DNA of 50,920 bases from contig JBMSQQ010000011.1 in assembly GCA_049423385.1 (NCBI GenBank), forward strand, positions 1 to 50,920. The letters are read 5' to 3'. The notes below the pieces were generated by a model. The model saw only the letters and a list, made by a program, of their open reading frames with translations. It had not been told where the DNA came from and did not search any database. The DNA comes from Silvanigrellaceae bacterium. Lineage in GTDB: Bacteria > Bdellovibrionota_B > Oligoflexia > Silvanigrellales > Silvanigrellaceae. The stretch's first letter is position 1; every line of letters starts with the position of its first letter. The position numbers and the translations under genes are program-made. This document shows positions 8,529 to 16,990 of this stretch, in pieces.

Positions 8529-9673
8529 TTTGCAACTCCTCCCTGCGCGATCGAGATGCTGACAGACTTTGATTTCGCACCCGTCTGGGAGCACTTGCGC
8601 GTTACACTGAGCTTCAATGTGCCATTGGGTACGGATGGTGGTAGAGACGCCTCAAAGACGCCGGTCGTGTCGGATGTTGAGACATCCTTTTTGAAAATCA
8701 ATTGTCCACTCTGGTCTGTCGCTTCGAATGAAGTCAAAAGACAAGATTCCGAACTGGACGCATTGACCGATGCACGGTTGCTGAGAGCAGGTATCCAACC
8801 GACCAAATCGGCCGGAACAAGAACGCGCACTGGTTTGATGCCTGCCGTCGAAGTCAAAAGGTCGAGTTGCTCGATGGCTGTCGGATCAAACTTGGACAAT
8901 CCCGTTGCAATCTGGTTGTTCGCCGCATAATTGACAATTAGTTGTCCACCGCTCGATGCCAATTTGCTGGAAAATTCCGAGACAATCTTTGCGGTTGGTC
9001 CAACGTCGATTCCTGTGCTGCCAATCCCTGTTGAGCCGCTGATCAGCATCAAAAGTTTGTTGGCATTGCTGCCTGCCTGGAGATGCTTGATGCCTTCTTC
9101 AATGCCAGGGAAAACTGCCTTTGCAGCATCATTTGTGATCCAATCGGTCGAGTTCGGATCGATGGTCTTGAGACCATTGGGTGTCCAGTCGGTGGAATCA
9201 CCGCCAATGTCCGAGATGAGCTTCGCCGTTTCTCCCTGTGCAACCGATGCAACGATTTTGTTGCGAAATGAAACAGCGGAGAGGGAGCCAATACGTCCGT
9301 CCGAGTTCAGTTTCGTCAGGACCTGAATCAGCTGTGGCTTCAATGACGAGGCCAACTTCAACATGTTTTCAGATACGTCCACCACAACCGCGACATCATA
9401 TTTGAAAGCCGATTCCGCCCCTGCACCCTGCAGGCTGTTCGGGCAGTTTATCGGAATGCCAATGGCCTGTGGCCTGTTGCCTTGGTTGAATTCGTTGCCA
9501 TCAACTTTTTCAACGATGCAGTCGAGATTGACCCGACCAGGTGTACCCAGAAAGCCCGCAGGTCTTATCTTCACATCGGCACTCACATCACGCGTCGACG
9601 TGAACTTGCTTGGTGCGCAGGCAGATGCCACGGATGCCAGAACGAGTCCAAGGTTTGTCATTTTCAAGCGCAT
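8525..9673 (-). CDS. vWA-like domain lipoprotein
   Basis: Signal ending ASAC; DVAVVVDVSENM (MIDAS-like strand), LSAVSF, KLLMLISG; RBS GGAGG. Confidence 0.7.
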   Translation of the reverse strand: MRLKMTNLGLVLASVASACAPSKFTSTRDVSADVKIRPAGFLGTPGRVNLDCIVEKVDGNEFNQGNRPQAIGIPINCPNSLQGAGAESAFKYDVAVVVDVSENMLKLASSLKPQLIQVLTKLNSDGRIGSLSAVSFRNKIVASVAQGETAKLISDIGGDSTDWTPNGLKTIDPNSTDWITNDAAKAVFPGIEEGIKHLQAGSNANKLLMLISGSTGIGSTGIDVGPTAKIVSEFSSKLASSGGQLIVNYAANNQIATGLSKFDPTAIEQLDLLTSTAGIKPVRVLVPADLVGWIPALSNRASVNASSSESCLLTSFEATDQSGQLIFKKDVSTSDTTGVFEASLPPSVPNGTLKLSVTRKCSQTGAKSKSVSISIAQGGVAK

Positions 9674-9707
9674 GAAACCTCCTCCCTCCGCAGATACCCT
9701 GCGCCCT

Positions 9708-11090
9708 TTATTCCGCAGGGCAGTCGTTGCGTGTCATCAGCTGGATGAACGCGGGATTGTTCTGAATCTGCTCGGCACCGTCGTTGGAAGGCCAAACCAG
9801 TGAGTTTGAAGCGAAGGTGAAGGAGAATCCTGCTTTCTCGTAAACAACTTGATCGTTTGCAAGGATGGTGATCTTGGAGAAGCTTCGCAGGTCGAGTTCG
9901 TAACGGTGAAAGCCCGACCACGCACCGATCCCAAAAAAGCCATCAAGGCGGAACGGGTCATTCTGATAGGCGACGCCGCCTTTCTTGATGCGCAAACCAC
10001 GCAGCTCCTGAATTTCACGATCCGAAAAGGCGTTTGTGGTGAAGCCGCCACCTGGTCTGAAGATCGCACCTTGCGACTCGTCAGGCACGGTATGGAACAT
10101 GTTTTGACCAAAAGTGAAGGTGTACTCCTTCGAATTTCCGGCGTTTTGCAATGCTGACGAAGAATCTCCACGGTTCGAATTGGCAAGTGCTGCGCCTTCA
10201 ACCTTGACCTGGAGTTTCTTGATTTTCGAATATCCCCAGCATCCCAGGTTTTCCGCGCCTGTGAGTTGCTTGATCAACTGATCGTTTCGGTTGGATTCCC
10301 GCGCGAACTGTTGCTCGAGGTCTGGCGGTTGAGGGTCACTTGAGGCAACAGGCTTTGTTGCGAGCGCGTCATCCATGAGTTTTTTCAACTCGTCGCGAGG
10401 CACGGCGCACTTTGCATCCTGCTGGAATCCAAGAATCTTGGTCAGCGCAATCTGGATTCCTCCGTTGGTGTCGCTCAAATCGTTGCGGTCAAACAAGGCT
10501 TGTCCGTTGAGGAAAAGCACAAAAGTCGAGACGTCTGATTTCTTGTAGTTGGTGCTGTTCGAACAAGAGTCGGGGACCACCTTCAGGAACATGTCGCTCA
10601 GTTCGATCACGCGTGGTGATTTGACCAACGAAGTCGATTTCGGTGGAAGAATATCGCAAGGCGATTTTGTTCGGGGACCCCATGTGAGTTTTTGCTTCGT
10701 TCCGGTGCCCACGGCTTGTGTTTGCCACATGCCGTTTTTGGTGGTCAGGATCGCCTTTGTTCCGCTCGGCACGACAATGTTCAATTCAAAATTGGATTCA
10801 ACGGTGGCGTTGGGGTCAACACCCGAAACGCACCCCAAGACTTTCTGGTCGTCGTCGGGTGTCAGGCTCGCAGTGGCAACCGGACATTCAACTCTTTGTT
10901 TTTGAACCCGCAAACACAGCGCGTCGTTTTGGGTTTTGAGTTCCATCAGTTTGGAAAATGAAGCCTTCGATTGGCTGTCGAGAGCCTGGGCACCCATCGG
11001 CATGTTCTTCAAATTTGCCGGGAGTCCTGGTGGCTCTGGCGCACAGGCACTGGCAGAAATCAACGCTGTGAAGATAAGTAACGTGCGCAT
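9708..11090 (-). CDS. lipoprotein with two tandem coiled-coil + beta-domain repeats
   Basis: 460 aa; signal MRTLLIFTALISASAC; RBS GGAG; internal duplication visible by eye. Confidence 0.75.
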   Translation of the reverse strand: MRTLLIFTALISASACAPEPPGLPANLKNMPMGAQALDSQSKASFSKLMELKTQNDALCLRVQKQRVECPVATASLTPDDDQKVLGCVSGVDPNATVESNFELNIVVPSGTKAILTTKNGMWQTQAVGTGTKQKLTWGPRTKSPCDILPPKSTSLVKSPRVIELSDMFLKVVPDSCSNSTNYKKSDVSTFVLFLNGQALFDRNDLSDTNGGIQIALTKILGFQQDAKCAVPRDELKKLMDDALATKPVASSDPQPPDLEQQFARESNRNDQLIKQLTGAENLGCWGYSKIKKLQVKVEGAALANSNRGDSSSALQNAGNSKEYTFTFGQNMFHTVPDESQGAIFRPGGGFTTNAFSDREIQELRGLRIKKGGVAYQNDPFRLDGFFGIGAWSGFHRYELDLRSFSKITILANDQVVYEKAGFSFTFASNSLVWPSNDGAEQIQNNPAFIQLMTRNDCPAE

Positions 11091-11159
11091 AATTGCTGTC
11101 TCCAGACAACAGGGTTGCGAATATTCGAAGCTTTGAACGCTTATCGGATTCGTGTATTG

Positions 11160-11187
11160 AGTAATTAATAAATTCTTATAAATTACT
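11160..11187. promoter_or_regulatory. AT-rich imperfect palindrome, candidate operator in divergent promoter region
   Basis: AGTAATTaATAA-attc-TTATaAATTACT (11 of 12 arm positions complementary). Confidence 0.5.
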
Positions 11188-11318
11188 GGAAAGATGAGTT
11201 AAAATTGGATTTTCCAGTTTTTTTCCGAGATTCTTCCGTCTGAATATTGACCACCTGGCCAGTGTGTTGCATACAGAAACACAATCTGCCTTTTCAATGC
11301 TGGAACTGGGAGGAAAGA

Positions 11319-13667
11319 ATGGAGAAAATTAGAACTTTTTCGCGGGGAGCGGGACTGTCCGCTTTTGCCGTGGCGGGACTGGGGCTTTTGTTGGGACATG
11401 CCCTTGCCGATGACCGGCCTGTTCCAAGGCCCAATCCAATTCCAAATCTGCCGGCGCGTCCGCCAATTCTCATCGACCCTTCAAAACTTCCGGTCATTCG
11501 CCACTCGTACATAATCAAAACGTTGCCCATCCAGGTCATCAAGCCAATTCAAACGCGATTGCCGACCATTCCGTTGCCGCAACTTCGGCCCGAGACACAA
11601 GTCACAATCGGCCTCTACAACGGCAAGGGTGCAGTTGACGGATCTGTCAACAAATCACTGCAGCAGATTCAAAATGAAATGAACACATGGGCCAGCGACC
11701 AACGCAGCCAGTATCAAGTGTTTGCCGGTCGTTCACCGATTTTTGCAAACATGGCTCTGAAAGAGTTGACGCAGTTCAACCAAAGCAAAAATCGCAACAT
11801 GCGTGTTGGTCAAATTCCGATGAATCTTGTTCATCTGGAAGCCCTCAAGCGCCAAAGCGATGCGTTCAAGAATCCCGGACAGGTCGAAAACGAACCTGAA
11901 TTCAAGGATCGCACTGTGGCCTATTCGGGAGGCTACGCCCGCTCGCTTGGAAATGAATATTTTGGTGTCGATGCGAACGCTGGATACGGTGTGAACATCT
12001 CCAAGGATTTTCAAAAGGCCGATGCCAATGCCACGGTCAATGGAACCATCCTGCAGAGCCAGGTCAATGTGTTTGATGCGCAAGCCCACAACGAAACAGG
12101 CCAGGCCACCTACTGCTACATATCCGTATTCGGTCAAAAACTGTGGGAAATGACGAGTCCAAGTTTTGCGGATGATGTTTATTATGATCGTTCTGAAGGT
12201 GCCCGCATGAACTTCTGGCTGGGGCCTGTGCCAATGTCGGTGGGAGGTTCCGTCACTGGCCGCCTGGGAACGCAATACAATGTACAAGCACTCTATGGCG
12301 AAAAATTGCTCAATGGAACCGTGCGTCCCTATCTGGACACCTATGGAAATGTTGATGCTGCGATTGATGCTTACATCGCCTCTGCAGGAGTTTTTGGTTC
12401 GCTCAAGTTTTTGGGTTTGAGTCTGCCGACAACAGCCTATCTCAAGTACGATCTGCGCCCGGACGCTCCCTTGCTCACAGCAAATCTCGACGTGAACACC
12501 AACGTCGACGCCTTGGGTGGTCGAGTAGGGTTGTTTGCTGAAATCGATTACTGGTTCGACACGGAACGTTGGGAAAAAACGCTGTTTTCGTGGTCAGGCT
12601 TCCAGGAGAGTGCCAGCGTTTTCAAAGAGCGCGAGTCGCTTCCGCTCAAGGATTATATTGGATGGAAGTACAAGCAGCTCAATGGTGCGTCCGGATTCCT
12701 CGGTCAGCCTGTCGGTGGCGAATCACAAACCCCAAGCAAGCCTGGATTGTACCGCCATTTTCAGGGTGGCTCGATTTATTGGTCTGAAGCAACCGGGGCC
12801 CATGAAGTTCACGGACTCATTCGCAACAAGTGGGCTTCGATGGGTTGGGAAAATGGAAAGCTTGGGTTCCCAATGTCCGACGAACTCACAGCTTCCGATG
12901 GTCAAGGAAAGTACAACCACTTTCAAGGCGGAACCCTTTGGTACCATCCTGCGACAGGAAATGCGTTCCTCGTGAAAGGTGCCATCAATGAGAAATGGAA
13001 ACAGTACCGGCGTGGTTTGGGAATGCTCGGCTATCCGACCATCGACGAAACACAAACTCCCGACGGTCGTGGGTACTACAACCACTTCCAAAATGGTTCG
13101 ATCTACTGGACTCCGCAAACAGGTGCTGCAGAAGTTCATGGCCTGATCCGCCAGAAATGGGCAGACAATGCTTGGGAGCGCGGAGTGCTTGGATATCCGC
13201 TCACCGACGAGGGGCAAACTCCAGATGGAATGGGACGCTTCAACCACTTTGAGGGCGGCTCCGTTTACTATCATCCCGAGTTCGGAACAAACATTGTCCG
13301 CGGAACGATTCGTGATCGTTGGGAAGCGCTCAATTGGGAACGCGGCTGCCTCGGTTATCCAAAAGACGAACAACGCATTACCCAAACGGAAACCGTGTCT
13401 ATGGACATTCCTGTTCTGGGTCGTGTGAGTGGTCTGAGAAAAACGATCACGCAGGTGTTCGAGGGTGGTTCTGTTTCCTACAAGGAAGATTGTTTCGGAA
13501 CTCAATGCAAAATGTCATCGGGACCACTGCATCAATGCACCCTGATTCCGATCAAGGTTCCACCAATTGTCAGGATTCCGTTGCCAACACGGCCATTGCC
13601 AATGCCTTTTCCACGCCCAACGCCAGGACCAAACTCGCTGGTGGTAGATGAAGAAGTCGGGGAGTGA
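11319..13667 (+). CDS. secreted protein: Pro-rich ends, large beta-sheet domain, five LGFP repeats
   Basis: RBS GGAGG; signal peptide ending ALA; repeats LGQP/LGFP/LGYP/LGYP/LGYP with HFQGGSIYW-type segments. Confidence 0.85.
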   Translation: MEKIRTFSRGAGLSAFAVAGLGLLLGHALADDRPVPRPNPIPNLPARPPILIDPSKLPVIRHSYIIKTLPIQVIKPIQTRLPTIPLPQLRPETQVTIGLYNGKGAVDGSVNKSLQQIQNEMNTWASDQRSQYQVFAGRSPIFANMALKELTQFNQSKNRNMRVGQIPMNLVHLEALKRQSDAFKNPGQVENEPEFKDRTVAYSGGYARSLGNEYFGVDANAGYGVNISKDFQKADANATVNGTILQSQVNVFDAQAHNETGQATYCYISVFGQKLWEMTSPSFADDVYYDRSEGARMNFWLGPVPMSVGGSVTGRLGTQYNVQALYGEKLLNGTVRPYLDTYGNVDAAIDAYIASAGVFGSLKFLGLSLPTTAYLKYDLRPDAPLLTANLDVNTNVDALGGRVGLFAEIDYWFDTERWEKTLFSWSGFQESASVFKERESLPLKDYIGWKYKQLNGASGFLGQPVGGESQTPSKPGLYRHFQGGSIYWSEATGAHEVHGLIRNKWASMGWENGKLGFPMSDELTASDGQGKYNHFQGGTLWYHPATGNAFLVKGAINEKWKQYRRGLGMLGYPTIDETQTPDGRGYYNHFQNGSIYWTPQTGAAEVHGLIRQKWADNAWERGVLGYPLTDEGQTPDGMGRFNHFEGGSVYYHPEFGTNIVRGTIRDRWEALNWERGCLGYPKDEQRITQTETVSMDIPVLGRVSGLRKTITQVFEGGSVSYKEDCFGTQCKMSSGPLHQCTLIPIKVPPIVRIPLPTRPLPMPFPRPTPGPNSLVVDEEVGE
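12655..13380 (+). repeat. five tandem LGFP repeats (~54 aa each)
   Basis: I..KW...GWE.G.LGYP..DE..T.DG.G.YNHF.GG.IYW...TGA..V.G periodicity. Confidence 0.9.
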
Positions 13668-15667
13668 TGAGCAACGTGAAGCTGCGAAACGGTCGAAATA
13701 CTCTGGTTGGATTGGTGGCGGTTTTGGTGATTGGCCTGGGTGTGTACTTCACCACCCGGCAAACAACATCCGCACCCTCTCCACAGGCTGACAGCCCGGC
13801 GGGTGCTTCATCCGCAGTCGATAAAGCGACATTTGAACAGGCACTCGTCAGGTATTCACTCAATACCGATGAAGTGAGAACATTCGGGTTTTTGCAGGAT
13901 ATGTCTGTTGAGATGAATCCTGCGCAGGGGCAATCGACCGTTTCGCGCATTCACTTGCGTGGGCAATTTGATGAGCAGCTCGTTTCTGTTTCCGGAAACA
14001 GGCTGACGTATCGCTACAATTTTCATGATGTTCAATTCGAGTCCACCGATGCCGAAGGGCGAGCCGCACTTCCTCCCGACGAAGTGAACAACATTGTTCA
14101 GTCTGTGGTTGGCACCACCTTGTTGCTCAAGACGGATGTGTTGCATTCAAGCATCAGCTGGAGCGTGACTCGCCAAACGAATCTTGAAACTCTCAACCTC
14201 CTGCGCAGTGTCGTGCTTTCGGGCTCGGTGTTTTTGCCGGCCGCGAAGGACCTCAGCGAATGGACCGGCACCGAGGAAGATTCAACCGGCATTTTCACGC
14301 TGAATCACAAATTGATTTCGCTGGGGAATGGCAAAGCCCAAATTGAAAAGGAACCACGCATGGTGAGGGTTCCAGAGGATTTCGGCCTGGCCGGTCATTC
14401 CACGCAGCAGTCGGTGGTTGTTTTACCGTCCTCTTCCACTAAAATTGAATTCGACGCAACGGCGGGGCATCTGCTCAAGGCTGATCAACGCTGGAGCATG
14501 CGGGCGCAGGCCGCCGGATTGTTGGCAACCACCAATCTGCGCACTCAAGTCGATTTTCAGTCAAAACGCAAAGCGACAGATGAAGACCGTAAATTCCTGC
14601 AGTCCGATATCGCATCGACAGATTCGGGCAATGGATTCATCAGCGAGTTCGAGCTTCAGGCAGCCCATTCCACTTCGATAAAGCGCAAAGTGGCAGCGCA
14701 AAAACTTGCTGGCGAAAATTGGGCGAGCCTTAGAAGCCTTTTGATGTCGCCGGATTTTCACAAGGACGGCGCCGCTCGGGCAAAGTTTTTCGAACAACTT
14801 TCGGCACTGTTGTATTTGCAGCCTGAACTTTGCACCACAGTTGCGGATGAAATCGCCAGGCTCGACAGGCAGGACCCCGATTACAAGAGCAAATTGTCTC
14901 TCTTGGCGGGGGTTTTTTCGAGTCAGGAAACACCCGAAGCAGAGGCCGCCATGGTGGCGTTGGCAGAGCGGATGAAGGAAGATTCGTCGGCATTGATGCA
15001 AGTCATTCCTGCAATGGCAGCGCATCGGAATCCATCCGAACGCACGCGCGATGCCCTCATGCAGAGCTATACCCAGGCGGTGGATGAAGGAGTCAAATCA
15101 ACTGCAACCTTGGCATTGGGAACATTTGCCTCGCGTGCCCGGAACTCAAGGCCCGATCTGACACGTGAAACCGTGGAGCGGTTGAAACAGGATTTCGACA
15201 GTTCGTCTGCAATCAACAAGAAGGTCACACTTTCGGGTGCATTGGGAAATGTCGGTGCCAATGAAGCCCTTGAAAGCGTGAAATCGCTGTTCGCTGCGAG
15301 TCAGGATGCGTCCTTGAAGCGTTCGGCAATCTACGACCTGCGCTTTGTGAACGACCCTCAGGTCGATGTGTTTTTGCAGCAGGTCGTGACCGACTCTGCA
15401 ACCGATCCGGAACTTGTCGTTCAGGGGGTGAGGGTTATGAGAATGCGTCCGCCGCTCAAGATGCATTTGCAGACCATGACCACACTGTTTCGCACCAAAG
15501 GCGTCCGCGCGACGCTTCGGAGCGAAGCGCTTTACACGATTTCATATTTGTCGCCGGTGTCTCCGGAAGAAGTGCAAAAACTTTTGGAAGAAGCTGCCAA
15601 GGACGCCAATCCGCAGATTGCAAAACAGGCGGAACAGCTGTTGGCGCGTCAAACCCAGCCGTTGTAA
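13664..15667 (+). CDS. membrane-anchored beta-barrel + HEAT-repeat protein, vitellogenin/MTP N-terminal (LPD_N)-like architecture
   Basis: Single N-terminal TM; ~250 aa beta-strand-rich region, then helical repeats with ATLALGTFA, LSGALGNVG, LKRSAIYDLR, LRSEALY; start overlaps the upstream stop. Confidence 0.7.
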   Translation: MMSNVKLRNGRNTLVGLVAVLVIGLGVYFTTRQTTSAPSPQADSPAGASSAVDKATFEQALVRYSLNTDEVRTFGFLQDMSVEMNPAQGQSTVSRIHLRGQFDEQLVSVSGNRLTYRYNFHDVQFESTDAEGRAALPPDEVNNIVQSVVGTTLLLKTDVLHSSISWSVTRQTNLETLNLLRSVVLSGSVFLPAAKDLSEWTGTEEDSTGIFTLNHKLISLGNGKAQIEKEPRMVRVPEDFGLAGHSTQQSVVVLPSSSTKIEFDATAGHLLKADQRWSMRAQAAGLLATTNLRTQVDFQSKRKATDEDRKFLQSDIASTDSGNGFISEFELQAAHSTSIKRKVAAQKLAGENWASLRSLLMSPDFHKDGAARAKFFEQLSALLYLQPELCTTVADEIARLDRQDPDYKSKLSLLAGVFSSQETPEAEAAMVALAERMKEDSSALMQVIPAMAAHRNPSERTRDALMQSYTQAVDEGVKSTATLALGTFASRARNSRPDLTRETVERLKQDFDSSSAINKKVTLSGALGNVGANEALESVKSLFAASQDASLKRSAIYDLRFVNDPQVDVFLQQVVTDSATDPELVVQGVRVMRMRPPLKMHLQTMTTLFRTKGVRATLRSEALYTISYLSPVSPEEVQKLLEEAAKDANPQIAKQAEQLLARQTQPL

Positions 15668-15704
15668 TCCACTCCCCCGGGCTTTGGTGTTTGCGATATG
15701 TGTC

Positions 15705-15734
15705 CCGCACATTTCATTTGTGCGGTTTTCTTTT
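15705..15734 (+). terminator. rho-independent terminator
   Basis: CCGCACA-tttcatt-TGTGCGG followed by TTTTCTTTT, about 40 bp after the stop at 15667. Confidence 0.7.
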
Positions 15735-15735
15735 G

Positions 15736-15813
15736 GCTGAAAATATATTTTCTGCAATTTCGTGACTGATTGTTGAGTCGGTCTTGACTTTGAAAAATCG
15801 ACGTTACTAGGCT
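15736..15813 (+). promoter_or_regulatory. candidate carA promoter with upstream palindrome
   Basis: Perfect palindrome GAAAATATATTTTC (15739-15752); TTGACT (15784-15789), 18 bp spacer, TAGGCT (15808-15813). Confidence 0.4.
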
Positions 15814-15856
15814 CCGTCAATTTGCCAGTCGGCCTCAATTGATTCTGGAGGGTCCC

Positions 15857-16990
15857 ATGCGTGCGAGTCTTCTTCTGGAGGATGGAACTTTTGTCACGGG
15901 TCAAGCCTACGGCAAACCTTGTGAGCGTATGGGCGAGATCGTCTTCAATACCGCCATGACGGGTTACGAGGAAGTGCTCACCGACCCGTCCTACACAGGC
16001 CAGTTTGTTCTCTTCACGGCAAGTCACATTGGCAACACGGGGATGACCAGCGAGGACATGGAATCCAAGGTGATGGCTGCCGAGGGATTCGTCTGCAAGG
16101 ACTTTTCTCAATTGGCCGACAACCACCGTTCCAGGGGAAGCCTTGAGGCGTTTCTTGAGCAACAGGGACGCTGCGCGTTGTCGGGAGTGGATACCCGCTT
16201 TCTGGCAAAGCAGGTTCGCAACAAGGGCTGCATGAAAGCCATTCTTTCCACCGAGGATCACAACCGCGAATCCCTGGGCGTGAAATTGAAATCGGTCGTC
16301 GATATCTCCTCGCGTGACGTTGTCACTGCAGCACGTCAAATGTCTTTCGCCGTGCCTCGTATTTCCACATCGTCGGCAAAAGCACGATTCAAGGTCGTGG
16401 CAGTTGATTGTGGTATGAAGAGAGGAATCCTCGATGATCTCGAGGGCTGCGGCATCGACGTTCACGTCGTTGGCCCCAATGCCACTTTTCTCGAAATCGA
16501 AGCCATCCAGCCGGATGGCTTTTTTGTTGGCAATGGTCCGGGCTGCCCAAGGCAGCTTGCGGGCTCGAGCAGGGTGCTCCATTTGATCCGCGAACTCTCA
16601 TCCCGGCTGCCAACATTTGGGATTTGTCTGGGGCACCAGCTGATTGCGTTGGCTTATGGTGGTGAGACACGCAAGCTTGCTTTCGGTCATCATGCCGTCA
16701 ATCACCCGATCGTTTCGGAAATCGATCTCGCCGGCATTCCACGGGGTCAGGTGATGATGACTTCACAGAATCACAATTATCACGTTGTCGAGCAGAGCAT
16801 CGCCAACGATTTCATCGTGACGCATCGTCACATGAACGATGGCACGGTGGCCGGAATGATGCACAGAAGTCATCCCGTGTTTTCGGTGCAGTTTCATCCT
16901 GAATGCAATCCTGGCCCCAGGGATGCAAAAAATCTTTTCTCTGTGTTCCTGAAAATGCTGGAGGACAAATCGCATGCCCGTCAGAACTGA
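15857..16990 (+). CDS. carA: carbamoyl-phosphate synthase small subunit
   Basis: GEIVFNTAMTGYEEVLTDPSY, GNGPG, FGICLGHQ, SQNHNY, SVQFHPE; RBS GGAGG. Confidence 0.97.
   Translation: MRASLLLEDGTFVTGQAYGKPCERMGEIVFNTAMTGYEEVLTDPSYTGQFVLFTASHIGNTGMTSEDMESKVMAAEGFVCKDFSQLADNHRSRGSLEAFLEQQGRCALSGVDTRFLAKQVRNKGCMKAILSTEDHNRESLGVKLKSVVDISSRDVVTAARQMSFAVPRISTSSAKARFKVVAVDCGMKRGILDDLEGCGIDVHVVGPNATFLEIEAIQPDGFFVGNGPGCPRQLAGSSRVLHLIRELSSRLPTFGICLGHQLIALAYGGETRKLAFGHHAVNHPIVSEIDLAGIPRGQVMMTSQNHNYHVVEQSIANDFIVTHRHMNDGTVAGMMHRSHPVFSVQFHPECNPGPRDAKNLFSVFLKMLEDKSHARQN

Noticed and set aside
12655..13380. Periodic DNA similarity as a possible CRISPR array
   Set aside because: Degenerate in-frame ~160 bp protein repeats (LGFP); no identical repeats with unique spacers and no cas genes
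15738..15753. Palindrome upstream of carA as a canonical ARG box
   Set aside because: Spacing and sequence do not fit TGAATAWWWATTCA; kept only as an unassigned candidate operator
15542..16582. 346-aa ORF antisense to carA
   Set aside because: Overlaps a confident gene on the opposite strand; no recognisable features
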